Under the pieces are notes generated by a model that was given only the letters and a program-made list of their open reading frames with translations, was not told the origin of the DNA and did no database searches. The translations under genes and the position numbers were made by a program. Shown here one piece after another: positions 11,403 to 24,300 of a stretch of DNA of 64,000 nucleotides. Numbering within the stretch: position 1 is the first letter of the stretch; every line of letters starts with the position of its first letter. This DNA comes from Malacoraja senta (Eukaryota). The stretch is taken from assembly GCA_038087875.1 (NCBI GenBank), contig JAXLNO010000638.1, forward strand, positions 1-64,000, in the 5' to 3' direction.

Positions 11403-13830
11403 ACTCGCCGACCCTATTTTCTCATTGTCTGCAACAGCAATTACAAAACCTGCAGTTACCTGAGGGGTCTGCATTGATCCAGTACATCGATGAACTTTTA
11501 GTGGCCAGTGAAATGGAGGAGCAGAATAGGGAAGCTATAATTTTGTTGTTGAACTTTGTAAAGGCATTGGGGTACGTTGTGTCCCCCTCCAAAGAACATG
11601 TCGGACAAAAGGAGGTGAAATTCCTCGGAGTCATAATCTCAGCAGATGGCCGTCGGTTGGACGAGAGCCGCACGGACCCAATTTACAGGACACCACCCCC
11701 CACGACAGCCAGGGGAATGCGACAGTGGTTGGGAATGATCAACTACTGCCGTCAGTGGATTCCAAATGTGGCCCTGGACATAAAGCACCTGACCCCTTAC
11801 ACCAGCCCGAAGGTACCTTTGTATTGTCAGATGAAGCCTTGACCGCCTTCAATAATCTATGGGAGGCCCTGCAGAAGGCTCCTGCGCTGGGGCGACCCCT
11901 ATATGATAGACCTTTTCAGCTCTATTGTACTATCCTAGGCGAATGTGCCACTGCGGTTTTGACCCAGCTGCATGGGGATAAGCACCGACCAGTGGCGTAT
12001 TATTCATCCAAATTAGACCCTGTGGCACTGGGGTATCCCCATTGTACACAGATTTTGACAGCGGTATACAATAGTCTTCAGTCGGCCGCCAACCTGACTC
12101 TCCAGCAGGACATTACCGTATATTCCTCCCACTCTGTGACCGCCTTACTGGGACAGCTCCAGACCCAGCATTTGACTTCAGCCAGACAAAATAGGTATGA
12201 GATCTACCTGTTGAATAATCCCAAGCTACAGTTCCGGCACTGCACCACTATCAACCCTGCTGCGTTTCTCTGCTCTCCTCCTGATCCCCTCGCTCCATGC
12301 GACCATAATTGCTTGGAGGCTATTCTCGCGGATACCAGTCCGCGCCCTGACCTTAGCGATCAACCTCTAGCCTCTCCAGATTTGATCCTCTATACCGATG
12401 GAAGTTCGTCCATCGACGAGCAGGGACTCCGTCTGTCAGGCTTTGCGGTAGTTAAGCAAGATGGAACCTTGCTGGATTGTGGCAGTTTTGACCCACCGAT
12501 TTCAGTTCAGCAGGCTGAGTTGTTTGCCCTCACCCGAGCCTGTGTCCTCGCCAAGGGGCTCTCCGTCAATATTTACACCGACTCCCGATACGCATTCGGA
12601 TTCGTTCACGATTTCGGACAGTTATGGAAAAATAGGGGATTCCTCACCTCGATGGGCCATAAGATTGCCAATCAGATCCTGGTCTCTGACTTGTTGAATG
12701 CTATCCTTCTGCCCTCTGCGGTAGCCATAATCAAATGTGTGGCCCACACGACAGGAGATTCCCCGGTCCAAATCGGTTACAGGTTGGCTGACGAAGCGGC
12801 TAAGTGTGCTTCACGCGGTAGATTTAAAGTGGTGGGTAGTACGATGAGGCAGGTGAAAAGCCTTTATATGGGCTCGTCTGAATCTGAGAAACCTATGCCA
12901 ACCATGAATGATGTATTGCACTTACAGGGCGACGCCTCTGTTGATGTTATAATGGAATGGGAGCAGCTGGGCTGTCGGAAGGCTGATTCCGGACTGTGGC
13001 TCACGCCAGCCGGACAGACCTGTATGACAGACCAGTTAGCGACCTGGGTTGTTGATTGCCTACATCTAGCCACTCACTGTGGGGCCACCTTGCTAGTAGA
13101 CACTCTCTTACAGGCATGGTGGCATCCTCAACTTAAGGTTTTGGCACCCCAAACTAGTGCACGGTGCCTCACCTGTGCTACACACAACCCTGGTAAAGGA
13201 GTTGTCTGCCAAACGGGTCGTACTCCATTACCTACTGCTCCGTTTGAAACCTTACAAATGGATTTTATTGATTTGGCTAAGTGTCAGTGTTATAAACATG
13301 TGCTTGTTATTGTTGATGTGTTTTCTAGGTGGATTGAAGCCTTTCCAACCACTGATTGCACTGCTTCTACGGTGGTGTCTATTTTATTACGGCAGTTTGT
13401 TCCTCGCTTTGGGGTTCCAAACACCATCAGTTCGGATAACTGCCCTCACTTTATTGCCGCTATCAATAAAGAATTGTACCGACAGCTGGGTGTAACCCAG
13501 CGGCTACATTGTGCTTATCGCCCACAGGCTGCGGGAATGGTGGAACGCTTGAACCAGACCCTGAAGACCAAGCTTGCCAAGCTGGTGGACCAATCGGGCT
13601 CCACCTGGGTTAAAATGTTACCTGTTGCCTTGTTTCAGATCAGAGTCCTTCCAGCAGGGAAGACAAGGTTGTCTCCTGCAGAGATCATCTATGGCCGACC
13701 CCTGCGCACCCCCTGGACAGACATTATCCTGGCCACAACGACATTGCATCATATGACAGAGGAGATGGTCTCTTACGTCCTTGCCCTTACAAGGGCCCTG
13801 CATGAGATTCATGTGGAGGTCAAGGCGCTT
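11365..13830 (+). pseudogene. pol: ERV Pol: partial RT, tether, RNase H, integrase (frameshift near 11800)
   Basis: RT motifs QYTWTRLPQGFVNSP and YIDE (YxDD altered); RNase H motifs LYTDGSS, AELFAL and IYTDSRY; integrase H-H-C-C, LQMDF, SDN and VERLNQTLK. Confidence 0.95.
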
Positions 13831-14201
13831 ATGTGGGCCCTGTCAAGCCCGTTATCATCAGCTATGATAGGCTTCTCGCTCCACCGGCCAACTGCTTACC
13901 GCTCCCTAAGAACAATAACCACTCCTACGACATTTGCTATAATGGATCTAGGACGGCGTCAAGAGCACCGGCTAGGCCATGTAACTTCACCACCAATAAT
14001 GACAACAGCGTGAGCAGGAGAGACTGTTACCATTCCCCAACGACAGCGAAGACGATGAAATGAGTGAGAAAGGAGAATTGGGGGACAAGGGTCGGACGGT
14101 CCAAGAGGCCGTGGCCAGGGAACTAGAAAGTTACAAGATTCGGCAAATGGGACTTTTTAATGGACTATGAGTGTTGCCATAAGAATGGCAAAAGGGGGGA
14201 A

Positions 14202-14773
14202 TGTGAATGTAAATTTTGAATAAACGCTGTAAGATTGTTCTGTGAAGGTAAAATGGTTTGGCCAGGTGGACTGGATCAAAACATAAAATGTCTGCTGACC
14301 AAAATTGCTGAATATGTAGCTGCAGGGGTCAGGAAGTTGTGGTCAGGAGAAATTCACATTGTCCTGCTGTTACTGCATAATCGCGACTATGGTATTAACT
14401 GTACCCGTCTGACTGAGATAGCTGGCTCTCAGAAGTCTAAGGAATATATAAACCGCCGCTCTCAGAAGTCTGAGGAATGTACCTGTCTTATCTCTAGTAT
14501 TGTTCCACTAAATAACACCTCCCAATATGTACTTGCCTGTGATCCTGACCTTCGCGTTCATGTCTGTTGCTTTGTTTCAGTAATATTGGAGGCATAAACT
14601 GTAGCCCTTTAAGTATATAAGGCATTACAAATTAAGGCATTGAGCTTGACTCTTTGCTAGGTTGTTAACCTGTGTGAAGACTCAGTGCTGAATAAACGTA
14701 CGTTTAAAGCAACCCCGGTGTCCGGTCGATTATTGTCGAAACAGCCGATGTGAGAGAAAAACGTGAATCAACA
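14202..14773 (+). repeat. ERV 3' LTR (572 bp)
   Basis: About 10 substitutions and 1 indel versus the 5' LTR by hand count. Confidence 0.96.
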
Positions 14774-16712
14774 AGGCCTCACTGAAGTCCATATATACAA
14801 CATCCACGGCTTTACCCTCATCAATTTCCCGAGTAACCTCTTCAAAAAATTCAAGAAGATTAGTCAAACATGACCTTCCAGGCACAAATCTATGTTGACT
14901 GTTCCTAATCAGCCCCTGTTTATCCAGATGCTTATATATATTATCTCTAAGTATCCTTTCCATTAATTTGCCCACCACTGACGTCAAACTAACAGGTCTC
15001 TAATTGCTAGGTTTACTCTTGGACCCCTTTTTAAACAATGGAACAACATGCGCAGTACGCCAATCCTCCGGCACTATTGCCGTTTCCAATGACATTTGAA
15101 ATATTTCTGTCATAGCCCCTGCTATTTCTACACTAACTTCCCACAATGTCCTGGGGAATATCCTGTCTGGACCTGGAGACTTATCCAATTTTATATTTCT
15201 CAAAAGTGTCAGTACTTCTTCTTCTTTGAATCTCATAGTTTCCATAGCTACTCTAATTGTTTCCCTTACCTCACATAATTCAATATCCTTCTCCTTGGTG
15301 AATACTGAAGAAAAGAAATTGTTCAATATCTCCCCCATCTCTTTTGGCTCTGCAGATAGCTGTCCACTCTGACTCTCTAATGGACTAATTTTATCCCTCG
15401 TTATCCTTTTGCTATTAATATGGCTGTAGAAACCCTTTGGATTTACTTTCACCTTACTTGCCAAAGCAACCTCATATCTTCTTTTAGCTTTTCTAATTTC
15501 TTTCTTAAGACACTTTTTACATTTTTTATACTCCTCAAGCACCTCATTTACTCCATGCTGCCTATAATTATTGTAGATCTCTCTCTTTTTCCGAACTAAG
15601 TGTCCAATTTCCCTTGAAAACCATGGCTCTTTCCAATTTTACTATTTCCTTTCAACCGAACAGGGACATAAAGATTCTGTACTCTTAAAATTTCACCTTT
15701 AAATGTCCTCCATTTCTCTTCCACATCTTTCCCATAAAACAAACTGTCCCAATTTACTCCTTTTAAATCCTTTCGCATCTCCTCAAAGTTAGCCTTTCTC
15801 CAATCAAAAATCTCAACCCTAGGTCCAGTTCTGACCCTCTCCATAATTATATTGAAACTAATGGTATTGTGATCACTGGTCCCGAACTGCTCCCCAACGC
15901 ATACCTCTGCCACCTGACCCGTCTCATTTCCTAACAGGAGGTCCAGCACCGCCCCTTCTCTAGTAGGTACTTCTATGTATTGCTGCAAAAAAACTATCCT
16001 GCACACATTTTACAAACTCCAACCTATCCAGCCGATTTACAGAATGTGTTTCCCAGTCTATGTGTGGAAAATTGAAATCTCCCACAATCACTACCTTGTG
16101 CTTACTACTAATATCTGCAATCTCCTTACATATTTGCTCCTCCAATTCTCGCTCCCCATTTGGTGGTCTATAATACACCCCTATGAGTGTTGCTACCCCT
16201 TTCCCATTTCTCAGTTCCACCCAAATAGCCTCCCTAGAAGAGCCCTCTAATCTATCCTGCCATATGAAAAAAGACTGGATAGACTTGGCTTATACTCGCT
16301 AGAATTTAGGAGATTGAGAGGGGATCTTATAGAAACATACAAAATTCTTATGGGGTTGGACAGGCTAGATGCAGGAAGATTGTTCCCGATGTTGGGGAAG
16401 TCCAGGACAAGGGGTCACAGCTTAAGGATAAGGGGGAAATCCTTTAAGACCGAGATGAGGAAAAACATTTTCACACAGAGAGTGATGAATCTCTGGAACT
16501 CTCTGCCACAGAGGGTAGTTGAGGCCAGTTCATTGGCTATATTTAAGAGGGAGTTAGATGTGGCCCTTGTGGCTAAAGGGATCAGGGGGTATGGAGAGAA
16601 GGCAGGTACGGGATACTGAGTTGGATGATCAGCCATGATCATACTGAATGGCGGTGCAGGCTCGAAGGGCCGAATGGCCTACTCCTGCACCTATTTTCTA
16701 TGTATCTATGTA

Positions 16713-17970
16713 TTGGTGTTACAGGACAGGATTATAGTTAAGGGCCACAAGGCAGTTGTCCCAGCTGTCCGTGGTCCCAGAAGTACTTTGATGCCGTACA
16801 CTGGGGCCACACCGGCGTGGAGGCAACCCTACAACGAGCACAAGCATGTTTTACTGGCCTGGTATGACCAAGTACATGCGCGAAAAAAAAAAAGTTTGCG
16901 CCGTCTGCAAAAGCCTGACACCACATCAGCAGAAGCAGCCTTTACTGCCGCACCCGGTTCCTCCTCTCCCGTGGTCCACGTTAGCCACCGACATATTCGA
17001 GTGGCATGGGAATCACTATCTGGTTTTTGTTGACTCTTACTCGGGCTGGTTCGACATTGACTTACTTCAAACCATTACTTCTGAAGCAGTTATCGAGAAG
17101 TTGCAGCGTCACTTCTCCGTGCACGGCTCCCCTGCACGTCTTCTGTCCGACAACGGCAGACAGTTCACCAGCCAATCTTTCAAATACTTTGCAAAACTAT
17201 GGGACTTCCGACATATTACCAGCAGCCCTGAGTTCCCGCAGTCCAACGGACTCGCCGAACACGCTGTCCAAAGCGCAAAACAACTAATGGAGCGGTCATA
17301 CCTTGCAAAATCGGACGTATACCTAGACCTGCTCAACTTGAGGAACATTGCAAGGGATCCCATACTGGGTTCCCCAGCCCAACGACTGATGTCTCGCCAA
17401 ACCCGTGCTCCCCTGCCTGTGTCCCAGCAGCTTTTGCAGCCACAAGTTCGTTCCCCGCCTGCAGTCCAGAAACAACTACAATTCAAGCGTAATACACAGA
17501 AACGCTTTTATGACAAATCCAGTAAGCCTCTCAAACCTCTCGCCAGTAGACAAGTGGTTAGTCTCCAGACCAACAAGGGCTATGGCCATCTGGGTCACGT
17601 CTATGGCCCTGCCAAAGAACTCTTATCTGGTTGAAGTGGACGGAGCCATCTACAGACGCAACCGTCAACATCTCCTTCTAGTGAAGGAACCGCGTCCTGT
17701 GACTACGTATCCAGATGTCGCACGTTTCGTATAACCTCCCACTGCCGGTCCTGCTGCTCCACTATCAGCGAACGTTTCCACCGCGGCCTCCCCGCGCCGT
17801 TTGTTGACTAGCTCGCCTATCTCATCACCTCCCTGCCCTGTCGGGTCCCCAGTCGTTTCCCCCATTCCCTCCCCGGTATCTTCTCCGGTGAAAGGAGGTG
17901 AGGCAGATTTGTACCGCACACGCGCCGGACAGGTTTGCAGGCCACCCATTAGGTATGGTGATTTTGTGTA
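16713..17970 (+). pseudogene. Gypsy integrase, frameshifted
   Basis: LVLQDRIIVKG, FYWPGM..CAVC, LATDIF, SDNGRQF, PQSNGLAEHAVQ and SYLVEVDGAIYRRNRQHL motifs. Confidence 0.92.
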
Positions 17971-18050
17971 ACTTTACAAATGCGTTATTATCGTTCCCCC
18001 ACCTATATTGCTTCGCCACCGATGCTTTCTTTTGTTTCTACAAGGAAAGA

Positions 18051-18253
18051 TGTAGATTGGTTATTTCCTACTAGCCAATTGTAGTGCTTGTTAGTAATGA
18101 CTCTGCCTAATATGCGCTTTATATTAACAAGAGCTTGCCTATGCCAGTTAGTATGAGTAGCTGCTAGGAAATGTAATGTCCTGCAGATTGATACTGTAAG
18201 TAGATTTAATAAACATATGTTGTATCTTGATATGTGTTCGACAGCTCATTACA
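18051..18253 (+). repeat. Gypsy 3' LTR
   Basis: TGTAGATTGG...CTCATTACA, preceded by the PPT and followed by the TSD CCAAT. Confidence 0.93.
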
Positions 18254-18258
18254 CCAAT

Positions 18259-18569
18259 TAACCTATAAACCTGGGGTGGGAGATTGCAACCTGTTTCAAT
18301 GAATGTAATCAACCTGGCGTGCACAAACAGAAGATCAAACAGAACAAGTTGTCTTACAACTTTAGGCTGTGCACACCATATGGAAGAAGAAGACCTACAG
18401 ACCTGTACATCTTTGGAGTGTGGGAGGAAACCAAAGATTTCAGAGAAAACCTGCGCAGGCCATGGGGAGAACGTACAAACTCAGTACAGATAGCACCCAT
18501 GATCAGGATCGAACCCCTGTCTCTAGTGCTGTAAGGCAGCAACTCTACTGCTGCGGCACCCTGCCGCCC
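18259..18569 (-). mobile_element. HE1/V-SINE-type SINE, 5' half
   Basis: V-domain (ggagtgtgggaggaaacc, ggggagaacgtacaaact) and a tRNA-like head (gatcgaaccc, B box). Confidence 0.8.
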
Positions 18570-19524
18570 AATTTTGACAGGTACATGGTTAGTAAAGGGA
18601 CAGAAGGACATGGGCCAAAAGTAAGCACATGGAATAAGCTTCAATGGGGCATCTTGGCTGTCATGGACAAGTTGGGCCACAGGCACTGTCTCCTTTCTGT
18701 CTGAATCTATAACTATTTAAAGTGCAGTCGTACACAAAGTATGGGACTCCATTACTTTACAATCCATGCGCAAGAAACAGAAATCATGATCACTAACCAT
18801 TAGATACAGAGAAATTAAGCTCTTGGGGAAGAGGAGGTTGAACAGAATCTGAGGATTTCAGTTTGAATTCCAGTGTATGAGTGATTACATATCCGTCGTA
18901 AACTGAGATGCATCCTGATAAAAAGTGGTAAAAGTTAACTGGCTGGTTTGCTGATCATGAATCTCTACATTAATGCACAGTTTGCAGTTTCCATTGAAAC
19001 ACTTACCTTCACAACCCCTATGTGAGTGACTTTATCAAACACCTTGACATTCACTCGCAATATCTGATCTCCTCATTAAAGTCCCACTATTTCAGCCAAG
19101 GAACCTTGTTCAAGAAAGGACACATAGATCCCAACCCAAAGTTCTGAGCCACCTCGGATGCTGAGGCCCAAGCTTTCATGAGCTTTATCTATTTTCAGTG
19201 CCACCTGCCTAATATCTACATAATTTTATTTAATCGTCCATTGAACAGTGATGAAATGTACATGTCCCAGGCATAAACTGGGGAATCTAATAGCTAAGGG
19301 AAAAATAAGAATGGTATTAATAACGGGACAGGACTTCCGGTGGCGTCATGTTGGACTAACAGACGTGCACCTAGCTCCACTCCCGAAAAACTTCACGATT
19401 TATCGTGTAAAACGGGTCCGAAAATCGGGATTGTTTTTAAAAACCTTACCGGAGCTTCTGGTTACCGCGCTGATGACGTCATCGTTAAACGCGATGTTTT
19501 AAACGGTGGTTTGAAGCCCTTTAA

Positions 19525-20595
19525 ATGAGTAAATTGCCTCCAGCTGTGAGCCCTCAGAGAACAGTGAATAAGCTGTCGAAAAAGTTTGAAGCAGAAGTTA
19601 CCTCTGAAGTCTCTGAAGTGGCTGCAGAAATGGATACAAGATCTAAGAAAGACTTTGATGACTTGAAGAAATCAATGAAAAATTTGAAAGATGAGATCTC
19701 GGATAATAGGGTGGAAGATAAGAAGGAAATGAAGGAAAATTCGGCAAAAATGATGGAAGGAATGGAGAAGATGATGAAGGATTTAAATGCTGGTAACCAG
19801 AAGAATATGACGGATTTACTGGACATTCTGAATAAACGAATTGATGAGGTGAAAGATGGACTATCAGAGAAAATGGATAAGATGGATGTAATTACTACGG
19901 ATAAGTTCACGGCTGTACTTGAAACAGTAGCTGCAAGTATGCACACAATTACGGAATTGGAGAAAAACACGGCTCGACTGGTTGAAGACATGGCGAAATT
20001 GAGGCAAGAACATGAGCAAATGAGGCGAGAAAACGGACAAGCGTCACTACAAATGGGGACTCAATTAGAGAAAGTCTCAGTCAAATGCCTGGACCTGGAA
20101 GCTCGCTCTAGACGCCAGAATTTGAGAATTCTTGGTGTTTCAGAGGGGGCAGAAGGGGAACAGGTACGTGAATTTGCCATGGGCTTGTTGAAACAACTGT
20201 TGAATCTTTCCAAGGAACCGAAAATCGAAGTGGCTCATCGTGTCCCAAGATTTGGAAAAAGATCTGGTGCGGGAAAAGCTTATCCACGACATATTATAGT
20301 GAAATTTCGAGATACTGCAGAACTGGAATATGTTATGAGTAAAATCAAATATGGTGTACAATTGCGGCTGGACAAGGACACTATTAAGATATTCAGGGAC
20401 TACCCGTATGAAATTGTGCAAAAAAGAAACAAATTTGATAAGGTTAAAGATCTTTTAAGAGGGAGAGAAGGGGTCAGATTTGGGGTTTTTTATCCCGCGA
20501 AAATGCGTATTTCCTTTAATGGTCTTGAAAAGTCATTTGTTAAGCCTGAATACGCATTCAAATATGCCCAAACGATCGTTGAAAAACAGAAATGA
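19525..20595 (+). CDS. L1 ORF1p (coiled coil plus RRM/CTD), 356 aa
   Basis: Heptad-rich N-terminal half, then DLEARSRRQNLRILGVSEGAE, IEVAHRV, IFRDY and YPAKMRI. Confidence 0.93.
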   Translation: MSKLPPAVSPQRTVNKLSKKFEAEVTSEVSEVAAEMDTRSKKDFDDLKKSMKNLKDEISDNRVEDKKEMKENSAKMMEGMEKMMKDLNAGNQKNMTDLLDILNKRIDEVKDGLSEKMDKMDVITTDKFTAVLETVAASMHTITELEKNTARLVEDMAKLRQEHEQMRRENGQASLQMGTQLEKVSVKCLDLEARSRRQNLRILGVSEGAEGEQVREFAMGLLKQLLNLSKEPKIEVAHRVPRFGKRSGAGKAYPRHIIVKFRDTAELEYVMSKIKYGVQLRLDKDTIKIFRDYPYEIVQKRNKFDKVKDLLRGREGVRFGVFYPAKMRISFNGLEKSFVKPEYAFKYAQTIVEKQK

Positions 20596-21397
20596 AAGGG
20601 AGCTTTGGCAGATCCGAACAATTCTCAGCTATGTTTTGTCTGGGGATAGTTACACTGTTATCTCTGGAATGTTGAATCAAGGACATTTTCTGTTCAAAAC
20701 GTGTAAACAACTTAACAGTTGGAATATGAATCAGAAAATAATTGCTTATTGATTAAAATATCATAACCAATTGTAAGAACTTATCCTATTAACAACTTAA
20801 AAAGTTATGCAGGTTAGATTAGAATACTAACAAAAAAAATAATGAACTAACATACTAATATGAATTTTTAATAAATTGTAACCTTGTCTATAAGCGGGGA
20901 GGAGGGGATGAGAAACGAGCTCCTGGCTTATGTCCAGGAGCACGTCTCGTTAACCCCTTCAACCAACAGTTGATTCTTATTGAAATCAAAAATATTGGTT
21001 TAATAATTAAACTCTGATATATATATATGTTATAAGGAAATATCAGGGTAAAATTGTATTATATATCTGAATGTGAGGCCTCGTTTTAATATTTTAATAT
21101 GTTATGATTAACTAAGAGAGCGGAGCTATTTGAGTAACAACGCAATGGAAGTCAAAACAAGGTTTTTTCCCACCTACAGGTGGGACACTCGCTACAGTGC
21201 CGACTATATCAGACACTGTAGCCTCACTTTTTTAGTTTTTTTTTTATCACATAAAATCACTTGTTTGTGTTTTGTGTTTAGTGATAAGAGTAAAATGGAC
21301 ATACCAGCAAAAGTTAATAATTCAAAAACTCCCCCAATACCTAAAGACCTGGGACATGGACGCACCACAAGATTCAAAGGTACTATAATTATTCAAA

Positions 21398-24300
21398 ATG
21401 CATGACACCACACAAAAGAACCTAGGAGGAATCTCATTTTGTAGTTGGAATATAAGAGGTATTAACGAACCTATCAAAAGGGGTAAGATATTAGCTCAGC
21501 TAAAAATGTATAATTCTGACATTACCTTCCTACAAGAAACACACCTAAAACCTCAGGACCAAGTTAGGCTGAGGGCGAAATGGATAGGTCAAACATACCA
21601 CTCTTCATTTACTTCAAAATCTAGAGGCACGTCAATTATCATAAGAAAAGGTATACCATTTAAAGCAAAGAATATTATAACAGATATAGAAGGGAGATAC
21701 CTAATAGTTAATGGAGAAATCCATGACACTCCACTTACTTTGGTAAATATATATGCCCCTAACTTTGATAACCCCCACTTTTTCAATAAAATCTTCAATA
21801 TAATTGCAGAGTCAAACTATCAAAATGTTATAATAGGCGGAGACTTTAACTGTGTTTTAGATCCGTACTTAGATAAATCAAGTCAAAAACAGAGAGGGAA
21901 TATGAAATCGAAAACTGGGGAACTCCTCAATACCTATATAAATAACACTAATATAGCAGATGTTTGGAGAATTGTGAATCCAACTGGCAGGGAATACTCG
22001 TTTTACTCAATGGTACATAAGACATACTCACGTATAGACTACTTTCTGCTGGATACAAAATTAATCCCCCAAACATCTAATGCAATATACCATACAAATT
22101 CAATTTCAGACCATTCTCCACTAACTTTCTTTTTAAAACTGGAAGGATTGTCTAAGAATAAATCATTCTGGAGATTTAACTCTCAAATTTTAAAAGATCC
22201 ACAAGCGAGTATATATTTAAAAGAACAAATGGAGGTCTTTTTTCAAACAAATGATACTTCAGATATATCGCCTACTTTACTTTGGGAATCTTTCAAAGCA
22301 TACATTAGGGGTATTATAATTTCATATCAAGCTTTTCAAAATAAAAAGAATAAGAATGAACAAAGACAGTTAGAAGAACTTATTAGACAAATGGATATAG
22401 ATAATGCTAAAGATCCATCAATAGATAAACATAATAAAATAATAATTTTAAAATTTAAATTAAATAAATTATTATCTGCCAAACTTATAAGACTTTTTCA
22501 AATTACAAAACAAGAGCACTTTGAATTTGGGGATAAACCGCATAAACTTTTGGCTCGCCAGCTAAAAAAACGAGAAAAGGAACATACTATACCAAAGATC
22601 AAATCAGATAAAGGGGAATTATTAACAACACCGAAGGATATTAATAAAAGATTTGCGCAATTTTACGAGAATTTGTATACATCTAAAACGATAATTGATT
22701 CCAATAATATCACAAAGTTCTTGGATACCTGTAATCTTCCAAAGTTAGAGCTGAAGGAACAAGAGGAACTGGGTGCACAAATCTCAATTAAGGAATTAGA
22801 AGATACAATAAACTCATTAAAAAATGGAAAAACACCAGGCCCTGATGGATTTACTAATGAATTTTATAAAAGCTTTTATGATAAAATAATACCAAGATTA
22901 CAAAAAATGTACCAATACGCTTTTAAAAAACGAATACTACCTGATACATTAGCGGAATCAACGATTACATTAATACCTAAGAAAAATAAAGATTTAGAAG
23001 AACCTGGCTCATATAGAGCTATAGCATTGTTAAACACAGATCAAAAAATATTAGCGAAAACATTAGCTAGAAGATTAAGTAAATACATTAGTAAATTAAT
23101 AAACCCAGATCAGACAGGGTTTATCCCTAAGAGATACTCTTCTAATAATATGAGACGTCTACTCAACATAATGCACTCACACAAATCTGAAGATCAAGAA
23201 TTATCAATTATTTCGCTGGATGCTGAAAAAGCATTTGATCAAGTAGAATGGAATTATATGGATAAAGTATTACAAAAATTTCAACTGGGAGAGAATTTTA
23301 TTTTATGGATTAAGTTACTATATAACAAACCTACAGCTAGAATACTTACTAATAACATATTATCCTCGAAATTTCAACTATCAAGGGGAAATAGACAAGG
23401 ATGCTCATTATCACCACAGCTGTTTGCTCTCATTATTGAACCGCTAGCAGAAAAAATTAGAATACACCCTGATATTCATGGATATAATACTAAAGACTCA
23501 TATAATAAAATATCTTTATACGCGGATGATATATTATTGTATATTACAAAACCCCAAATCACTATACCAAACATATTAAATTTAATTGAAGACTTCGGAT
23601 CTTTTTCTGGATATAGAATAAATTGGAATAAAAGTGAAATTATGTCAATAAAACCGAAAGATTCAACACATCTTTTAAAATTCCCTTTTAAAATAGCTAC
23701 AGAAAAATTTAAATATTTGGGAATCGAAATTACCAGAACATATCAAGGTATGTTCAGGGCAAATTTTGACCCCCTACTTAATAAACTAAATACATTAATT
23801 AAATTCTGGAAAACGCTCCCGATGTCTTTAATAGGCCGAATAAACGCAATAAAAATGATCTTTTTACCACAAATTTTATACCTATTTCAATCAATTCCTA
23901 TATACGTACCTAAGAAGTTTTTTAAAAAACTCGACTCAGATATCACTAATTTTATATGGGACTATAAATCACATAGAATACAAAAAACCCATCTGAATAA
24001 ACCTAAAGTATTGGGGGGTCTAGCACTACCTAATTTTATGTATTATTATTGGTCAGTAAATATTAAAAACATGATTCAACTGATGGATAACTCCGCCCAG
24101 CAAGTAGACTGGATTGTAATGGAGAAAGAGGATTGCTCCTCTAGAAACATTGGAGCGATCCTCCTCTCTCCAATGAAACTGAATAACATAAACTATAATA
24201 AGAACCCAATTATTCATAGTACAATCTGTATTTGGAAACAAATAAAACAAAATTTAAAATTAAGAAACTTATCACTTTTATTACCTATAGTCAATAACCC

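Larger units (their letters stand above)
8760..14773 (+). mobile_element. Endogenous retrovirus, class I (epsilon/gamma-like), internally deleted provirus
   Basis: LTRs 8760-9330 and 14202-14773 (TG...CA); 4-bp TSD AGGC (8756-8759 / 14774-14777); PBS; PPT aaaaggggggaa at 14190-14201; gag and pol remnants. Confidence 0.95.
7585..16260 (-). mobile_element. CR1 fragment B (7585-8759 plus 14778-16260), EN-RT, split by the ERV
   Basis: (GTTATATG)n tail; ORFs 7671-8246, 8262-8585 (KYADDTK) and 14730-16220 (GDFN, SDH). YMDFSEA|FDKVPHGR rejoins across the ERV. Confidence 0.93.
7500..16712 (+). mobile_element. CR1 3' fragment A (7500-7584 plus 16261-16712) inserted in Gypsy pol and split by CR1 B
   Basis: ...atgtcaggactttc|catatgaaaaaagactggatag reconstitutes a continuous CR1 sequence. 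The tail tctatgtatctatgta ends at 16712. Confidence 0.88.
4327..18253 (+). mobile_element. Ty3/Gypsy LTR retrotransposon (Mag-like), internally deleted and carrying nested insertions
   Basis: TG...CA LTRs of about 203 bp; 5-bp TSD CCAAT (4322-4326 / 18254-18258); tRNA-Leu PBS at 6154; PPT aaggaaaga at 18042-18050; RT-RNaseH-IN domain order. Confidence 0.93.

Noticed and set aside
19554..19991. 145-aa antisense ORF in L1 ORF1
   Set aside because: It is a Ser/Phe/Ile-rich shadow of the Lys/Glu-rich coiled coil, with no independent support.
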